Below, piece by piece: positions 37,741-39,360 of a stretch of 39,360 nt of DNA. A model generated the notes under the pieces. It searched no databases and had not been told where the DNA came from. It worked only from the letters and a program-made list of their open reading frames with translations. A program made the translations under genes and the position numbers. Location of the stretch: assembly GCA_964390275.1 (NCBI GenBank), contig CAYMHQ010000003.1, forward strand, positions 1 through 39,360, given 5' to 3'. The first letter of the stretch is position 1, and each line of letters opens with the position of its first letter. Source of the stretch: an uncultured Coriobacteriaceae bacterium. GTDB taxonomy: Bacteria > Actinomycetota > Coriobacteriia > Coriobacteriales > UMGS124.

Positions 37741-38790
37741 CTAGTACACCATGCCCATCGCTTCGCGGACCTCCTCGAGCGTCCTGTTGGCGATCTCGTT
37801 CGCGGTGCGGTTGCCCTCGTGCAGGACGTCCTTCACGTAGTCGAGATCGCTCTCGTAACGCGCGCGGCGCTCGCGAATCGGGGCGAGGTAGTCGTTCACA
37901 CACTGGGTGACGAGCTTCTTGAGCGCGCCCGAGCCCTGCGAGCCGATCTCCTCCGCGATGTCGGCCTCGGTCCTGCCGCTGCAGAGCGCGGCGGTGGTGA
38001 GCAGCGCCGAGACGCCGGGGCGGTTCGCGGGGTCGTACGTGATGGTGCGCTCGGAGTCGGTCGTCGACTTCTTGATGCGCGCGGCGGTCTCCTCGGGCGT
38101 CATCGAGAGGCTGATGGAGTTGCCGTAGGACTTCGACATCTTCCTGCCGTCGAGGCCGGGGATCTCGACTACGTCGTTGAGCAGCGCGTCGGGCTCGGGG
38201 AACACGTTTCCGTACCGCTCGTTGAACCGGCGCGCGATGAGGCGCGTGACCTGGATGTGGGGCAGCTGGTCCTTGCCGACGGGCACGACGTTGCCCTTGC
38301 AGAACAGGATGTCGCAGGCCTGGTGGACCGGGTAGGTGAGCAGGAGGCCGGTGAGCTGGTGGCCGGAGGCCTCCATCTCGGCCTTCACCGTGGGGTTGCG
38401 CTGGAGCTCGGCCTCGGTCTGGAGCGAGAGGAACGGGAGCATGAGCTGGTTGCACGCGGGCACGGCGGAGTGCGTGTAGATGGGCGTCTTGGCGGGGTCG
38501 ATGCCGCACGCGAGGTAGTCCATGACCATGTTGTACACGTTGTCCTGGATGTTCGCGGTGGTGTCGCGGTCGGTGATGACCTGGTAGTCGGCGATGAGGA
38601 TCATCGTCTTGACCCCGAGGTTCTGCAGGCGCACGCGTTCCCTGATCGTGCCGAAGTAGTGCCCGAGGTGCAGCCTGCCGGTCGGGCGGTCACCGGTGAG
38701 CATCCGGTACTTCTGCGGGTTGACGAGCAGGTCTTCCTTGATCTCGTTGCTGCGTTCAAGGCTCGCCTGGAAGCTGCCTTCGTTTGGCAT
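37741..38790 (-). CDS. trpS: Tryptophan--tRNA ligase
   Basis: HIGH-type motif GRLHLGHY and KMSKS motif GRKMSKS. ATG 38790 follows GAGGAGG. The in-frame extension to 38865 has no RBS and encodes low-complexity Gly/Arg/Pro sequence. Confidence 0.9.
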   Translation of the reverse strand: MPNEGSFQASLERSNEIKEDLLVNPQKYRMLTGDRPTGRLHLGHYFGTIRERVRLQNLGVKTMILIADYQVITDRDTTANIQDNVYNMVMDYLACGIDPAKTPIYTHSAVPACNQLMLPFLSLQTEAELQRNPTVKAEMEASGHQLTGLLLTYPVHQACDILFCKGNVVPVGKDQLPHIQVTRLIARRFNERYGNVFPEPDALLNDVVEIPGLDGRKMSKSYGNSISLSMTPEETAARIKKSTTDSERTITYDPANRPGVSALLTTAALCSGRTEADIAEEIGSQGSGALKKLVTQCVNDYLAPIRERRARYESDLDYVKDVLHEGNRTANEIANRTLEEVREAMGMVY

Positions 38791-39069
38791 GTGCGTTCCT
38801 CCTCGGGGATGACGGTCGCCGCCCGGACCGTCGCCGGACGCGGCTCGTTCGCTGCTGACCGGCATATGATACGGTAATTTGTGGCAGCGGATGCGGAACG
38901 GGTCAAAAGTTCAAACCTGTGGCGTCCCGAGGGGGCAATTTGAGTATCATAGATGCATTGTTCGAGACGGGTCGACGGTTCTCCGCCCCGTCTCGTGATC
39001 GACTGGACTGTCTGTGCGGTACAACCCATGCGGTGCAACGGCGTCGTGTGACGTAAGGAGTGGTTTTCG

Positions 39070-39360
39070 ATGGTGAGTAAGTCCGACCGGCGCTATGTCG
39101 GCAAGGCCTGGGGTTCGCTGGCGACGACGAAGAACCTGTTCGGGAAGCTTCTGCTTCTCGCGCTTCTTCAGTTCATCCCGATCGTGGGGCAGATCGCCCT
39201 GCTGGGTTGTGCGCTCGGGTGGGCCCGCGAGGCCGCCTGGAAGATGGACACCCCGCTGCCCGACCATGTCCTCGGTCGCGGCGAGACCGGTTTCTGGGCG
39301 CGCGGTGCCAAGGCGTTCCTGGCGATCATCCTGTTCCAGATCATCCTGTCGGCGGTCGTC
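39070..39360 (+). CDS. Membrane protein of unknown function, 5' part (runs off the window; not in the ORF track)
   Basis: AAGGAG sits 9 nt upstream of ATG 39070. The frame stays open to the window end with G/C-rich third positions. My translation is MVSKSDRRYVGKAWGSLATTKNLFGKLLLLALLQFIPIVGQIALLGCALGWAREAAW...AFLAIILFQIILSAVV, which shows two hydrophobic helices. Confidence 0.55.
   Translation, partial: MVSKSDRRYVGKAWGSLATTKNLFGKLLLLALLQFIPIVGQIALLGCALGWAREAAWKMDTPLPDHVLGRGETGFWARGAKAFLAIILFQIILSAVV

Noticed and set aside
38791-38865. N-terminal extension of trpS to the ATG at 38865, as drawn in the ORF track. Similar upstream extensions exist for secF (16996), the aldolase (25255), both SBPs, the permease (28553) and MscS (32953).
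   Set aside because: In each case an internal start has a proper RBS. The family-typical N-terminus or signal peptide also begins at that internal start, and the extensions are low complexity or overlap the preceding gene.
38791-39069. Possible T-box riboswitch in the 279-bp region upstream of trpS. The minus strand reads GGGTTGTACCGCA at about 39013-39025, which resembles the T-box core GGGUGGUACCGCG.
   Set aside because: - The match has the wrong UGGN tRNA-acceptor-pairing bases (UUGU).
- It lies at the far 5' end of the region, about 220 nt from the start codon, rather than in an antiterminator next to a terminator or SD-sequestering helix.
- I could not find a specifier loop presenting UGG or the other Stem I motifs.
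- The segment may instead belong to the promoter region of the divergent membrane-protein gene.
- A cmscan with the Rfam T-box model would settle it.

Overview
GC-rich, gene-dense window, almost entirely plus-strand. It reads as core chromosome of a high-GC Gram-positive, probably a Coriobacteriia-type actinobacterium. That placement is an inference from the Firmicutes-like tgt-secD-secF-recJ-relA-MBL synteny, a family II pyrophosphatase, Tat/lipobox binding proteins and many low-complexity protein tails.

Gene order:
- pcrA 3' end, membrane alpha/beta hydrolase, ppaC, queH, pheA, pyrE, ilvE
- DUF1846 protein, small DUF1292-like protein, S10 carboxypeptidase-like protein
- tandem-module U32 protein (minus strand), tgt, secD, secF
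- a RecJ-HIRAN-RecQ-like fusion, relA/spoT, MBL hydrolase, class I aldolase
- polar amino-acid ABC locus: two paralogous binding proteins, a permease with an extra N-terminal domain, and the ATPase
- uracil-type NCS2 permease, tRNA-Ala/tRNA-Val/tRNA-Ala cluster, MscS channel, ligA
- a 429-aa uncharacterised protein, trpS (minus strand), and the 5' end of a membrane protein

I saw no CRISPR array, transposase, integrase, prophage, toxin-antitoxin or recognisable defence genes, so this is an ordinary housekeeping region rather than an accessory island.

The items most worth a second look:
1. the single ORF fusing RecJ, HIRAN and an SF2 helicase
2. a six-unit 10-nt tandem array in the pyrE leader that overlaps its ribosome-binding site
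3. a cytoplasmic 429-aa protein with duplicated CxxGC modules and a poly-Asp/Glu tail next to ligA
4. a U32 protein with two Cys-motif modules, divergent from tgt
5. an ABC permease with an unassigned extracytoplasmic N-terminal domain

The many long reverse-strand ORFs in the track are shadow frames typical of high-GC DNA. All domain calls come from reading motifs by eye; no database search was run.
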